Assembly: GCA_965222155.1 (NCBI GenBank)
Contig: CBDCTH010000004.1
Span: 160,001 to 224,000 of the forward strand
Length of the DNA: 64,000 nt
Reading direction: 5' to 3'
From: Gammaproteobacteria bacterium
GTDB taxonomy: Bacteria; Pseudomonadota; Gammaproteobacteria; Eutrophobiales; Eutrophobiaceae
Shown here: positions 1 through 11,521 of the stretch, in pieces
Layout: every line of letters begins with the position of its first letter
Numbering within the stretch: the stretch's first letter is position 1
Translations under genes and position numbers: made by a program
Notes under the pieces: generated by a model
What the model saw: the letters and a program-made list of their open reading frames with translations, nothing else
Told to the model about the DNA's origin: nothing
The model's database searches: none

Positions 1-1
1 G

Positions 2-1802
<1,801 letters not shown>

Positions 1803-1806
<4 letters not shown>

Positions 1807-2255
1807 GCAACATTGATTTACCAAATGACGACCACGTTGTCCGTTACGCAAAACCGACAAGCGTCCGTGAAGACGGGAGTGTAGACGGCTCCGAATTTCG
1901 TTTACGCCCGTCTGATAAAGGTCTGTCTGTCAACTGGCTCGATTACTATCAGGGGATCGACAAATCACAACAACTTGATAAAGTCAGACAGTCGTCCCGA
2001 TTGACCATGAGGCCCAATGGACGTCTTGCTGAGCTGAACGTCGGTGTTACGAAGCGCTATGTTCAAGTGAGGCAAAATACTTTACGATTTGTTCACGTCC
2101 CTTTGGCCGCTGAGGGCGTGTATCAACCTGACCCCTCTCATGGAGAGATATCAGGATTACCGCCGGGAGACTCTCCAGAGGCCGCGTTGATTGGTGATAT
2201 GATCGCCGAGTGTATAGAAACCATTCATCCTGCAATTATAAGGCAGGAAACATAG
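1803..2255 (+). CDS. Hypothetical protein, putative ADP-ribosyltransferase-like (Tse2/RES-like) toxin
   Basis: VVRY...FRLR...GLSVNW...SH pattern (R-S-H); ATGA coupling to the upstream gene. Confidence 0.5.
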
Positions 2256-2270
2256 CGAGATTCAGTTCCC

Positions 2271-2768
2271 ATGTCGATACCCGCGCCGCTTGAGCTGTAT
2301 AAGGACTTGATACTTCCTGAATGGATCGATTACAACGGCCACATGAACGTGGCCTATTACGTCCTGGTGTTTGACCGCGCCACCGATGATTTTTTCGATT
2401 TCATGGGTTTGACCGCCGAATACAGGACTGCCGCCAATGTCTCCGCCTTCACTGCGGAAATGCACGTGAATTATATCCGTGAGGTGAAGGAGGGTGACGA
2501 AGTATTCGTAACCACCCAGTTGCTGGATTACGATACAAAACGCTTCCATTATTTTCACCGCATGTACCATGCCGAACAGGGCTATCTTGCCGCCACTAAT
2601 GAATTGCTGTGCCTGTTCGTGGACATGAACCTGAGACGGGTAACGCAGATGCCGTCCCCGACCATGGACATGCTGGCCGAAATCAAACAAAGTCACGCCG
2701 TACTGCCGCTGCCCGAACAGGTCGGCAGTGTGATGAAGGTAAAGCCGAAAGGCATCGTGAAGGATTAA
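2271..2768 (+). CDS. Hotdog-fold acyl-CoA thioesterase (4HBT/CdhB-like)
   Basis: EWIDYNGHMNVAYY motif. Confidence 0.88.
   Translation: MSIPAPLELYKDLILPEWIDYNGHMNVAYYVLVFDRATDDFFDFMGLTAEYRTAANVSAFTAEMHVNYIREVKEGDEVFVTTQLLDYDTKRFHYFHRMYHAEQGYLAATNELLCLFVDMNLRRVTQMPSPTMDMLAEIKQSHAVLPLPEQVGSVMKVKPKGIVKD
2703..2743 (+). repeat. 41-bp direct repeat, copy 1 (thioesterase 3' end)
   Basis: ctgccgctgcccgaacaggtcggcagtgtgatgaaggtaaa, identical to 4235-4275. Confidence 0.95.
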
Positions 2769-2799
2769 TCAGTAGCCAGACCCCGAACGCCATTCCCGC

Positions 2800-3260
2800 C
2801 AGACAGGCGCCGGCGCGAAGAGTCCTTCTGACATGTTGCCTGCGGTCAGTCCCCCACTTGGGTTCTTTCAGATCGTTCCGGTATTCCGGGCGACATATCT
2901 GGTAGAGTTGGTCAAAGCCTTGTATCGTAGCGTTCATGAACGGGACCGTATGGACGTACATTCGCCACTCGCGGGATGCGCCGATGTTGGCAAAATCCGA
3001 TGAGACCATCCGTGCTGCACTGTTGCCGAATTCGTAACCTCGAATAATTCTGTCCATGCACGCCAACATATTCCCGGGAAGGGTTATCCGACATATCCTG
3101 GCGCCCTGTCGCCGCGTCGTTTTCCCTGAATGCGCCGTAGCGCCAGACATACTGGGTCAGGGACTCTCGGTGATTGATATGCTCAAAGCGCATTCCGACA
3201 CTTGGCCGTCCATGTTGTTCACCAATCGTCTGTGGTGCGTGCCGGCGGTGAATAAACAGG
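2800..3260 (-). pseudogene. Possible fragment of a phage-type large polyvalent protein (LPD38-associated region)
   Basis: Translation ARMVSSDFANIGASREWRMYVHTVPFMNATIQGFDQLYQ resembles the DF..G......VPF.NA..QG.D.LY motif; boundaries approximate. Confidence 0.35.
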
Positions 3261-3318
3261 GTTCTCCAAAAACGTAACTTTTTACAGAAGTCGTCAGCGC
3301 GGCTTGAATTATCGTCCT

Positions 3319-3732
3319 TTAACACGCCATAGCTCGCACATGGCCAGATATAGCATAATTCAGGATCTGCCTGTCGCGTGTGACCAGGGTACAGTCGAAC
3401 TCACGGGCAGTTGCAATAAGAATTCTATCGGCCGGGTCGGCAGGTGGTTCACCGGGGAGTGTCGTCGAAGCAATGAGGACTGAAGGTGACAGGTCTGCCA
3501 GTCTTACCCGCGGTAAACCGCATAACTTCCTGAACCAGACCTCCGGCCTGAGGGTCAACAGAATTCTCTTCTTTTCCGAGAGTATCGCGATTTCCCATGC
3601 CGTAATGGGAGAAACGACAAGCCGCCCGTTGCGTTCCAGTGCTAGCGGTAATTCTGTCTCGGCAGGGTCTTGCAGCGGATCGCCATTCATCAGCCAGATA
3701 GCCGCACACGTATCAAGAAGGTAATCCGTCAT
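3319..3732 (-). CDS. vapC: VapC PIN-domain toxin
   Basis: YLLDTCAAIW, SPITAWEIA, DPADRILIATA and LVTRD motifs. Confidence 0.92.
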   Translation of the reverse strand: MTDYLLDTCAAIWLMNGDPLQDPAETELPLALERNGRLVVSPITAWEIAILSEKKRILLTLRPEVWFRKLCGLPRVRLADLSPSVLIASTTLPGEPPADPADRILIATAREFDCTLVTRDRQILNYAISGHVRAMAC

Positions 3733-3738
3733 TTCGGA

Positions 3739-4140
3739 CTATTGCTGTGCGTTCCATTTCTCCCCTGTCGGCAAGGTCAGGTCAACTCCCGGCGCAATCG
3801 TGACCGTTCCTTCGAGTGCACCGAATATACGCGAAAACGGACTCGCGCCCTCATCCTTTCCAATCCTGTTGTTACTCAGGGCCGGAAGTTCACTCGCTGG
3901 TGCTTTCCTGAACACGAGTTTGCACTTCGCCATATCCACGTCCGCCGTTTTATATCCCGCACGGAGCCATGAGTCTGCATTAACATGGTTCGAAGGATTA
4001 TTTGACCACCAGGGACGGTATTGATAAGCCGAACGTGGTAAGTTATCACCAATCACTTCCTCAACTTCCGCAAACGTCATGGGGATGTAATCCATCCCGG
4101 AGGAGGACAGATAACCGGTTAAAGGTGCATATTTTGACAT
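3739..4140 (-). CDS. Probable antitoxin: KYAPL..FAEVE..LP.SA..WWSN domain fused to a VapB-like C-terminal peptide
   Basis: 6 bp upstream of vapC; the C-terminus IFGALEGTVTIAPGVDLTLPTGEKW resembles VapB neutralising tails. Confidence 0.7.
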   Translation of the reverse strand: MSKYAPLTGYLSSSGMDYIPMTFAEVEEVIGDNLPRSAYQYRPWWSNNPSNHVNADSWLRAGYKTADVDMAKCKLVFRKAPASELPALSNNRIGKDEGASPFSRIFGALEGTVTIAPGVDLTLPTGEKWNAQQ

Positions 4141-4171
4141 GATTCAACCCAAGAATAGTTATTACATGCGT

Positions 4172-4201
4172 AGTATATACTATAACTATAGTTAGTGTCA
4201 A
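4172..4201 (-). promoter_or_regulatory. sigma70-like promoter with palindromic operator for the antitoxin-vapC operon
   Basis: Minus strand TTGACA-18 bp-TATACT; palindrome TAACTATAGTTA in the spacer. Confidence 0.6.
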
Positions 4202-4234
4202 GACGCCTATCTTGTCAGGAACTATCATTGTTGG

Positions 4235-4275
4235 CTGCCGCTGCCCGAACAGGTCGGCAGTGTGATGAAGGTAAA
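4235..4275 (+). repeat. 41-bp direct repeat, copy 2 (orphan thioesterase 3' end, LPLPEQVGSVMKVNR*)
   Basis: Identical to 2703-2743 and followed by its own stop codon. Confidence 0.95.
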
Positions 4276-4448
4276 TCGATAGAATTGTTATGCCACAGAG
4301 GACACAGAGATTAGGTCAAACGGCTCAGCGTACCCCGGTTACATATTTTATTAACAGACTTCTTTGAAACGATGCAGGGGTTTAAATCCCTTTCACTTAA
4401 AAAGTTCTCAGTGCCCTCTGTGGCTGAACTCTCCCGTGGTCTTGAATT

Positions 4449-7400
4449 TCAGGACAGATCGCCAGGGCTTGTGTTGACAAAGCCTGCGGGGTTACGGCGG
4501 CGGGCCAGCAGGTTGTCGATTTCCCAGCGGGAGCCGGGGTCCACGTCAGTGAGACAGGTGGTTACGCCGTTCAGTTGTTTGGCAACAGGCAGACCGTTTT
4601 TAAAGAGTATCCTGTTGGTGTGTACGGCCGGGATGCGTTCGCCGGGCAACAGGCAGCCAATCAGGTTCAGCGGATCGGTTGCGGATATAACGACAGGAGG
4701 CAGTTTCCGTGTTTCATTTTTTTGTTTCCTCAACAATGCAATCGCCTCCGCCCTGGCAAATTGTTCCCCTGAGCAACCTTCGACAAAGTAACCGCCGCGG
4801 ATCTCGCCGCGCGCCTCCATACGCCGGCAGATATACAGCAGCTCTCTCCAGGGGGGCAGGTCGGACTCGCGCTCCAGCACCTTGCGGAACAGAACCCCGT
4901 AGCGTTTCAGCAGGGTATCCACAATGGCAGCGAGGGTGTTTTCATCTGTCCCCGGCCAGGCGCCTGGCGCCGGATGATCCGGGTTCCCGGCAGGCGCAAG
5001 GATAGCCGACCAGCGCCCCGCGGCATCGATGTTGTTCATGATCGACGTTCTTGTACGACGGCGCTTTCCGTGGGCGTAGGCAGGGCGTTTACTCTCTGGT
5101 GTAATCAGCGCCCGCAATCCCGCGTAACTGTCGGAGGTAACAAGGCCGCATGCGGCCAGTTCCGCCAGGGCCGTTTCGACCTGCGTGCGCAACAGGCCGG
5201 TTTGTTGAACCAGGTCTATGAAAAATGACGCGCCCTGGCGGAGCAGCAGGTCCAGGGTTTTCCCGGCTACTGACGATAACCTGGGGCCCTCAGCCGCCCC
5301 CGAAGGTTGCAGTTTCTGCCACAGGTCCAGGTTTTCACGGGCTATTAACGTGATGGGCGTGTTTCTCAGCAATACCGTCTTATTGATCGATACCTCATCC
5401 CATTTTGGTTTGTGCCTGCTCGTAACCAGACGTGTCCAGACGATGCGGCCGCTGCCGCACAGCCGATCCAGCGCTGCGTTCGAGTAGTCGTTCACCCGGG
5501 TCGGCAGGATATCTTTTTCCCATGCTGCCGCTGGAATGGCGCAGCCCTCCAGTTTTTCCAGCGCGGCCAGCACTGCGTTGTCTCCCTCGGACCGGAGTTC
5601 GCCCATGCCGTGCCAGTAAAATAAGAAACGCATATAGTTTGCCACCGGGACTGGTTGGATTTCCTCCCGTAACGAACGGATAGTGTAGCGGTGCATCCGG
5701 GCGAGCAGACCCCGTTCGCACCATTCCGTCTCCTCAGCCTCTGTGCTGAAACGCCCCTGCATGGCATAACCTTCATTCTGTAATGCCAGCAGGGCCACAC
5801 TGATTTCATTTGGTTTTGTTTCAAACAGATCAGCCAATTGAGTTACCGTGACGGGCCCGCTGCATTCAAGCCGGGCGCGGACCAGTTCGATCAGTGCAGC
5901 CTCTTTTGTCCAGCCATCGCCAACATCACTGTTCAAGCCTGAATCCACTGAAAGATCATCCCCGTCTCCATTCCGGCGAATGCCGGAATCCAGTGAACAA
6001 GGCGCCACCCCTGGTGGCACGTTATTCGACTTCATTCCTGCTTGCGCAGGAATGAAGTCCGAGGCATAGGCGTTAAGTTCCGGCGCTGGATGGTGGTTTG
6101 GTAAGGTCTCGGATTTATCCGAGCTGGGGGAGGATATGGGCGGGTCTATTTGCGCTCCGGCGTATACCGCTTCGATCTGAGGCAAACGTTCGGCGCAAAT
6201 CCACAGGGCCTGTTTCCCGCTCTGCAGGACCGCAGCACGCTTCTCCTCCATGAGCCGTGACAGCCAGGCGCGGCCATTAGCCTGCGCAGGGTTGTCACCG
6301 TTGCCTTCCCACTCGGTCATGACGCCCGTGAGCATCAGCGCGTCGTGCAGTTCCTCTGCGTCATTCATGACGGGCCAGGCTTCCCTGCGGACCCGGGCTA
6401 TGGCAGCCGGGCTTAACCGGGCCAGTTCGGCAGCGTCCGCCGGGTCCCTGAAGCGTCTGGCTATCACCGCATTCGTGCGGCGTTCTTCCGCAGGCGCATC
6501 GTCCAGGAATGCGTAAGGTCGCGCGCTCAGGATTTCCTGCGCCAGGGGAGAAGGACCGCCCAGCTCGCGGCAATGGAAACGGATACGCCCGTCCTCATAC
6601 CGGCGCAGTATTTTTTCCAGCCCGGCAATGTCCATGAGATCATGCAGGCAATCGTTGACAGTCTGTTCAACCAGTGGATGCCGGGGTATCTCCCGTTCCC
6701 CTGTCAGGTTGTCCTGGCAGGCCAGCTGGTCGGGGAAAATCACAGCCATCAGATCTTCTGCGTCGCTACGCTGGAACTGTGCGGGCGCTTTCCGGCCTTT
6801 GTTATTGCGTCTGACAGCCAGGGCCGTGGTGGCGTTCCAGCGCCAGTGGGTGGGGAACATGGGTGTCGCCAGCAGTGCCTGGGTAACCGCGTCCCTGACG
6901 CCGGCAGAGTTCAGGAAACGGGTCACATCCTCCAGGGGAAAACTATGGGTCGCGCCCAGTGAAATGACAATGCTGTCATCCAGGGCTGCGGCCTGTAATT
7001 CAAAATTGAACTGCCGGCAAAACCGCTTGCGCAGGGCCAGGCCCCAGGCGCGGTTGACACGGGATCCGTAGGGGCTGTGCAGCACCAGGTGCTGGTCCCC
7101 AGCCTCATCGAAGAACCGTTCAAACACGATATCCTGCCGGGTCGGTATTCGTCCCAGGGCCGCGCGGGCGCCCGCCAGGTGCTCGGTCAATTGGCGCGCC
7201 GCCGAGTCGCCAAGCCGTAACTCGTCAAGCAGCCAGCGACATGCAGCGTCCGCGCCATGGGCTAACTTCTCATCCATAATTCTACGCAAGCGGGAGACCG
7301 AGCGGCTGAGTTCGTCCGACCTGCCCGGCGCCTCGCCGAACCAGAACGGGATATTGGGAGGTTGTCCCTGAGCGTCTGCCACGCGCACTTTGCTCTGTTC

Positions 7401-9017
7401 TACCTTGAGGATACGATACGACGTATTGCCCAGTTGGAAGATATCGCCGGGCAGGCTTTCAAAGGCGAAGTCCTCGTTCAATGTTCCGATAAAGTGATCT
7501 TCCGGTTCCAGCACCACGTCGTAATCAAATTGATCCGGTATCACGCCGCCATTGGTCACGGCAGTCAGCTTGGCGCCTTTCCTGGGCCTGATGCGTTTGT
7601 TTACCGCGTCATAATGGATATAGCGGCTCTGCCTGCCGCGCCGGGTTGAAAACCCCTGCGCCAGCATATCCAGCAGTTCACTGAACTTGTCACGCGTCAG
7701 ATCACGGTACGGATAGGCCAGTGTCACCCACCGGAACAACTCATCTTCCTGCCATTCCCGGCAGGCTGTTTCGGCAATGAGTTGTTGCGCCAGCACGTCC
7801 AGGTGCCCCCCGGGTATTCTGAGCCGGTCCAGTTCATCGCGCCGGACTGCGTCAAGCAGTGCCGCGCATTCCACCAGTTCGTCCCGGGTCAGGGGAAACA
7901 GGCGGCCCTTGGGAATATCTCCCAGGCGATGGCCGGAGCGTCCGACCCGTTGCAGGAAGACGGCTATGGACCGGGGGGAGCCCAACTGGCAAACGAGATC
8001 GACGTCCCCTATGTCAATACCCAGTTCCAGGGATGCGGTCGCAACCAGGGCCTTGAGTTCACCCCGTTTCAAGCGTTGTTCGGCATTCAGGCGATGCTCC
8101 TTTGCCAGGCTGCCGTGGTGGGCGGTTACGTATTGTTCACCGATGCGTTCAGCCAGGCTGCGGGCCGCCCGCTCAGCCAGGCGCCGGTTATTGACAAAGA
8201 TCAGCGTGGTGTTGTGTTGCTCAACCAGGTCGGCCAGTTGCCGGTACAGTTCCTGCCACACTTCCCCGGCCATCACGGCCTCCAGGGGTGAACCCGGGAG
8301 TTCGAGAGCAATATCGAGTTGCCTGACGTGACCACGGTCCAGGATGTTGCAATGTTCCGGCCGGTTGCCGACCAGGAATCGGGCGATCTCTGTTATGGGC
8401 CGTTGCGTTGCCGACAGGCCGATACGCACAGGCACCCGGTCTGCCAACGCATCGAGCCGCTCCAGCGATAACGCCAGGTGTGCACCCCGTTTGTTTGGAG
8501 CCAGTGCGTGAATTTCATCGATAATCACGTTGCGCACGGTCTGCAGCAGTTTCCTGCCGGAACTGCTGGTCAACAGGATATAGAGCGATTCGGGGGTGGT
8601 AACCAGGATATGGGGCGGCACCCGCCGCATGCGTTCGCGCTCTGTCTGTGAGGTGTCGCCGGTACGCACCAGGGCGCGGATATCCTGCGCCGGATATCCC
8701 TGGGTTTCCATCATGGCCTTGATCCCCTGGAGCGGTCCCTGGAGGTTCTTTTGAATATCGTTGGACAGGGCTTTCAGGGGAGAGACATACAATATATACG
8801 TCTCATCCGCCAACCCGCCGGCAAGCGCCTCATGCACCAGGTCGTCTATTGCCGCAAGAAACGCGGCCAGGGTCTTGCCGCTGCCGGTGGGCGCCGCTAT
8901 CAGGGTATGCCGGCCTTGTTTAATCGCCGGCCAGGCATCTTCCTGCACCGGTGTCGGGCTGGTGAATGCGCTATCAAACCAGGCAGCCGTAACAGGATGG
9001 AAAATAGCGGTTGACAT
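4449..9017 (-). CDS. lhr: Lhr-family DEAD/DEAH ATP-dependent helicase (long form with C-terminal extension)
   Basis: APTGSGKT, DEIH, GLSAT, SLELGIDIG and QRVGRSGH motifs; 1522 aa. Confidence 0.93.
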   Translation of the reverse strand: MSTAIFHPVTAAWFDSAFTSPTPVQEDAWPAIKQGRHTLIAAPTGSGKTLAAFLAAIDDLVHEALAGGLADETYILYVSPLKALSNDIQKNLQGPLQGIKAMMETQGYPAQDIRALVRTGDTSQTERERMRRVPPHILVTTPESLYILLTSSSGRKLLQTVRNVIIDEIHALAPNKRGAHLALSLERLDALADRVPVRIGLSATQRPITEIARFLVGNRPEHCNILDRGHVRQLDIALELPGSPLEAVMAGEVWQELYRQLADLVEQHNTTLIFVNNRRLAERAARSLAERIGEQYVTAHHGSLAKEHRLNAEQRLKRGELKALVATASLELGIDIGDVDLVCQLGSPRSIAVFLQRVGRSGHRLGDIPKGRLFPLTRDELVECAALLDAVRRDELDRLRIPGGHLDVLAQQLIAETACREWQEDELFRWVTLAYPYRDLTRDKFSELLDMLAQGFSTRRGRQSRYIHYDAVNKRIRPRKGAKLTAVTNGGVIPDQFDYDVVLEPEDHFIGTLNEDFAFESLPGDIFQLGNTSYRILKVEQSKVRVADAQGQPPNIPFWFGEAPGRSDELSRSVSRLRRIMDEKLAHGADAACRWLLDELRLGDSAARQLTEHLAGARAALGRIPTRQDIVFERFFDEAGDQHLVLHSPYGSRVNRAWGLALRKRFCRQFNFELQAAALDDSIVISLGATHSFPLEDVTRFLNSAGVRDAVTQALLATPMFPTHWRWNATTALAVRRNNKGRKAPAQFQRSDAEDLMAVIFPDQLACQDNLTGEREIPRHPLVEQTVNDCLHDLMDIAGLEKILRRYEDGRIRFHCRELGGPSPLAQEILSARPYAFLDDAPAEERRTNAVIARRFRDPADAAELARLSPAAIARVRREAWPVMNDAEELHDALMLTGVMTEWEGNGDNPAQANGRAWLSRLMEEKRAAVLQSGKQALWICAERLPQIEAVYAGAQIDPPISSPSSDKSETLPNHHPAPELNAYASDFIPAQAGMKSNNVPPGVAPCSLDSGIRRNGDGDDLSVDSGLNSDVGDGWTKEAALIELVRARLECSGPVTVTQLADLFETKPNEISVALLALQNEGYAMQGRFSTEAEETEWCERGLLARMHRYTIRSLREEIQPVPVANYMRFLFYWHGMGELRSEGDNAVLAALEKLEGCAIPAAAWEKDILPTRVNDYSNAALDRLCGSGRIVWTRLVTSRHKPKWDEVSINKTVLLRNTPITLIARENLDLWQKLQPSGAAEGPRLSSVAGKTLDLLLRQGASFFIDLVQQTGLLRTQVETALAELAACGLVTSDSYAGLRALITPESKRPAYAHGKRRRTRTSIMNNIDAAGRWSAILAPAGNPDHPAPGAWPGTDENTLAAIVDTLLKRYGVLFRKVLERESDLPPWRELLYICRRMEARGEIRGGYFVEGCSGEQFARAEAIALLRKQKNETRKLPPVVISATDPLNLIGCLLPGERIPAVHTNRILFKNGLPVAKQLNGVTTCLTDVDPGSRWEIDNLLARRRNPAGFVNTSPGDLS
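5969..6056. repeat. REP-like palindrome pair lying in-frame within lhr
   Basis: cattccggcgaatgccggaatccag (5969-5993) and ttcattcctgcttgcgcaggaatgaa (6031-6056); related copies are intergenic at 16059 and 19938. Confidence 0.8.
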
Positions 9018-9123
9018 AAAGGGACAGTTTATCTAAAAGTTGGGCAAATAGCAGGTAACTCGGCCCATCTGCAGGTGCTCCCGCTAAATCGAGGCCAATA
9101 CAGTGATTATTGCCAAAGGCAGG

Positions 9124-9149
9124 GGGGGACAGATTTAAATCTGTCCCCC
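9124..9149. repeat. REP-like perfect palindrome
   Basis: gggggacagatttaaatctgtccccc; related copy at 29926-29950. Confidence 0.75.
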
Positions 9150-9279
9150 AAGTTCCTGACCATAAAGGGGCATGTTTCCCTGGGAGGGAGGGCGTCTCGC
9201 CCTCCACGAGGGCAGGATGCCCTCGATCCCGGGAGTTAGCGGGAACTGCTGGCCCACCTGTTCCGTTAAAGAAAAAAAT

Positions 9280-9678
9280 ATGAGTAAAGACTTGTTGGTC
9301 CATAAGGGCGGATGTCATTGCGGCGCGGTCCGGTTTGAGGTGGATGTGCCGGCAGCGATATCGGCGCTCGATTGCAATTGTTCCATCTGCCGTATGAGCG
9401 GTTATCTGCACCTGCAGGTCCCCAAATCACAGTTTCGGCTGTTGCAGGGCGAGGAAGCCCTGTCGACGTACACTTTTAATACGGGCACGGCGAAACACCT
9501 GTTTTGCAGGACCTGCGGCGTCAAGTCATTCTACGTGCCCCGGTCTTTTCCCGAGGGATACAGCATCAACCTGAATTGCCTGGACAGGGTGCATATAACA
9601 AGCGTTACAGTACAGCCATTTGACGGCAATGACTGGGAGGTAGCCTATGACAGGAAAAAGCACGCGCCCATTGATTGA
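9280..9678 (+). CDS. GFA/CENP-V family zinc-binding protein
   Basis: GGCHCGAVRF, CNCSIC and FCRTCG motifs; start placed at ATG 9280. Confidence 0.92.
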   Translation: MSKDLLVHKGGCHCGAVRFEVDVPAAISALDCNCSICRMSGYLHLQVPKSQFRLLQGEEALSTYTFNTGTAKHLFCRTCGVKSFYVPRSFPEGYSINLNCLDRVHITSVTVQPFDGNDWEVAYDRKKHAPID

Positions 9679-9728
9679 TTTATAACAGGCCGCATCCTCC
9701 GGGAGCTGGCGCCGCTCCTGTTTATACT

Positions 9729-10343
9729 CTATGTTGTTGCCCTGCCACGATAGAGTTGTTTATTCAGCTTTTCCAGGTCGGTGGGAACATCCAGATCGAA
9801 TTCAGCTTCGGGGATGGGGATTGTCCTGACCCGGCCGGGATTATTTTGTAACACGGATTTTGCCCCCGCATCACCTTTAAGCGCCAGGAGTTGCGGATAA
9901 AATTCATCAGGAATAACGGCCGGTGTGCCCAGGGTATCGGCATAGCCGCTGGCAATGAACCTGGACGGGTCGTCAATCCACAAGTCTGTCAGCTGGCGCA
10001 GGTGATCTTCTGTGACCAAGACCTGGTCGCACATGGTGATCATGACACCATGGCAGCCCGGTTCAAGGCTGTCTATACCTGCCTTGAGCGAGGATGCCAG
10101 TCCTTCTTGCCAATGCACGTTGTAAATGAGGTTTACCGGCAAGTCGCTGATCGCCTGCGCCACCGATTCCGAGTTGGCTCCGACGACAACGCTGATCCTG
10201 TCATGGGGGAACAGTGACGAGAGTTTGTCGACGGCAAGCCGGACCAGGCTGGAGCCGTTTATTTTGATGAGTTGTTTACACTGGCCGTACCTGCTGGAAC
10301 CGCCCGCGGCAAGGACTATGGCTGATAATTCCCTGGTAAGCAT
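9729..10343 (-). CDS. MocA-like nucleotidyltransferase (molybdenum cofactor cytidylyltransferase family)
   Basis: IVLAAGGSSRYG..KQL, WQEGLASSL, CDQ, GDAGA and DLDVPTD motifs. Confidence 0.85.
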   Translation of the reverse strand: MLTRELSAIVLAAGGSSRYGQCKQLIKINGSSLVRLAVDKLSSLFPHDRISVVVGANSESVAQAISDLPVNLIYNVHWQEGLASSLKAGIDSLEPGCHGVMITMCDQVLVTEDHLRQLTDLWIDDPSRFIASGYADTLGTPAVIPDEFYPQLLALKGDAGAKSVLQNNPGRVRTIPIPEAEFDLDVPTDLEKLNKQLYRGRATT

Positions 10344-10479
10344 AAATGCATCATGATGAAGAAAAATGTTGCTGTCAAAAAGAGTTGCATCAATTTGCAA
10401 TGAAAGCAGGCAGCTTTGATTTTCGACAGGCGCTTTGATTCCTGCTTATCTGTTCCTGACAAATCATAACATTTAACGA

Positions 10480-10508
10480 TTGACGTTTAACGCTATTCGT
10501 TATATTAT
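10480..10508 (+). promoter_or_regulatory. higBA promoter with operator; probably leaderless
   Basis: TTGACG-17 bp-TATTAT; TAACG-N5-CGTTA in the spacer; ATG 6 nt after the -10 box. Confidence 0.7.
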
Positions 10509-10514
10509 TGCTGC

Positions 10515-10793
10515 ATGATTAAGCACTTTGCCTGCAAGCGCACGGAAGCCCTGTTTGGTGGGCATTGTCCGCGACAATTTCGAGCATTTCGGGCACAGGC
10601 AGAGCGAAAATTACAGATGCTGAATAGTGCTGTTCATATTGATGATTTGCGATTCCCGCCCGGCAATCGGCTAGAGAAACTCGGGGGCGACCGGGAAGGA
10701 CAGTGGAGTATACGGCTAAACCGGCAGTGGCGATTGTGCTTTGTCTTCAATGACGGTAAGGCAACCGATGTTGAGATTACAGATTACCACTAG
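10515..10793 (+). CDS. higB: HigB (RelE-family) toxin
   Basis: PPGNRLEKL.GDR.GQWSIR.N.QWR and ITDYH motifs. Confidence 0.93.
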   Translation: MIKHFACKRTEALFGGHCPRQFRAFRAQAERKLQMLNSAVHIDDLRFPPGNRLEKLGGDREGQWSIRLNRQWRLCFVFNDGKATDVEITDYH

Positions 10794-10803
10794 GAGAAAT
10801 TCC

Positions 10804-11145
10804 ATGACTGTTAATAAAATGAGGCCCATACATCCCGGTGAAATCCTACGGGAGGAGTTTTTGATACCTACAGGTATGACTGCTAACGCCCTGGCAAGGG
10901 CATTAAGGGTTAATGCCCCACGCATCAATGACATAGTGCGGGAACAGCGCGGCATTACGCCGGACACCGCCCTGAGATTGGCAGCATTTTTACAGACCTC
11001 GCCCGAATTCTGGTTGAACCTGCAAACAGCTTATGACTTGAAGGTAGCCGATGCGGCGAAAGGTAAAACCATACGCGCTGAAATCGTGCCGCGGCAAATG
11101 CAGACAGAAGAAAACCGGACATCAATGCGGGTGGAAAGCAGATGA
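10804..11145 (+). CDS. higA: HigA antitoxin
   Basis: HPGEILREEFL, ITPDTALRLA and PEFWLNLQ motifs. Confidence 0.93.
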   Translation: MTVNKMRPIHPGEILREEFLIPTGMTANALARALRVNAPRINDIVREQRGITPDTALRLAAFLQTSPEFWLNLQTAYDLKVADAAKGKTIRAEIVPRQMQTEENRTSMRVESR

Positions 11146-11427
11146 TCCCTCAAGAAACAGTGGGTAGTGCAAGTAACCAAACATGAATTATCAAGTCTCT
11201 ATGACGAACCGCCAAGACTTATCCGTATTATGTCGGTGAGCGATTATTTTTCAGCAAGTGCCATACAGCTATTCGTTTGGTTCGTCTTTGTAATATTTTG
11301 AAATTACAGAGAGTTCCGGAAAATAATTGAAAATCAATAATGGAAGACTAGCAGATGATAAAATGTTTTTCTCACCAGCATGGATATAGAGGAACGGATG
11401 TAGAAATCACGGTCCGCAATGATGTGA

Positions 11428-11477
11428 CCGTACCTGCTCGATCCTCCTGCCGCCAGGACTAGAGCGGATAATTCCAT
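11428..11477 (-). pseudogene. Orphan 5' stub of the MocA-like gene (MELSALVLAAGGSSRYG)
   Basis: Aligns to 10285-10332 with mostly third-position differences. Confidence 0.85.
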
Positions 11478-11521
11478 TACCTGTTTTGACCTGGTCACAA
11501 TCATCTGGTAGTGGTCTGTTG

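Noticed and set aside
9172-9279. N-terminal extension of the GFA ORF
   Set aside because: It runs through repeat-like intergenic DNA; family similarity begins at ATG 9280.
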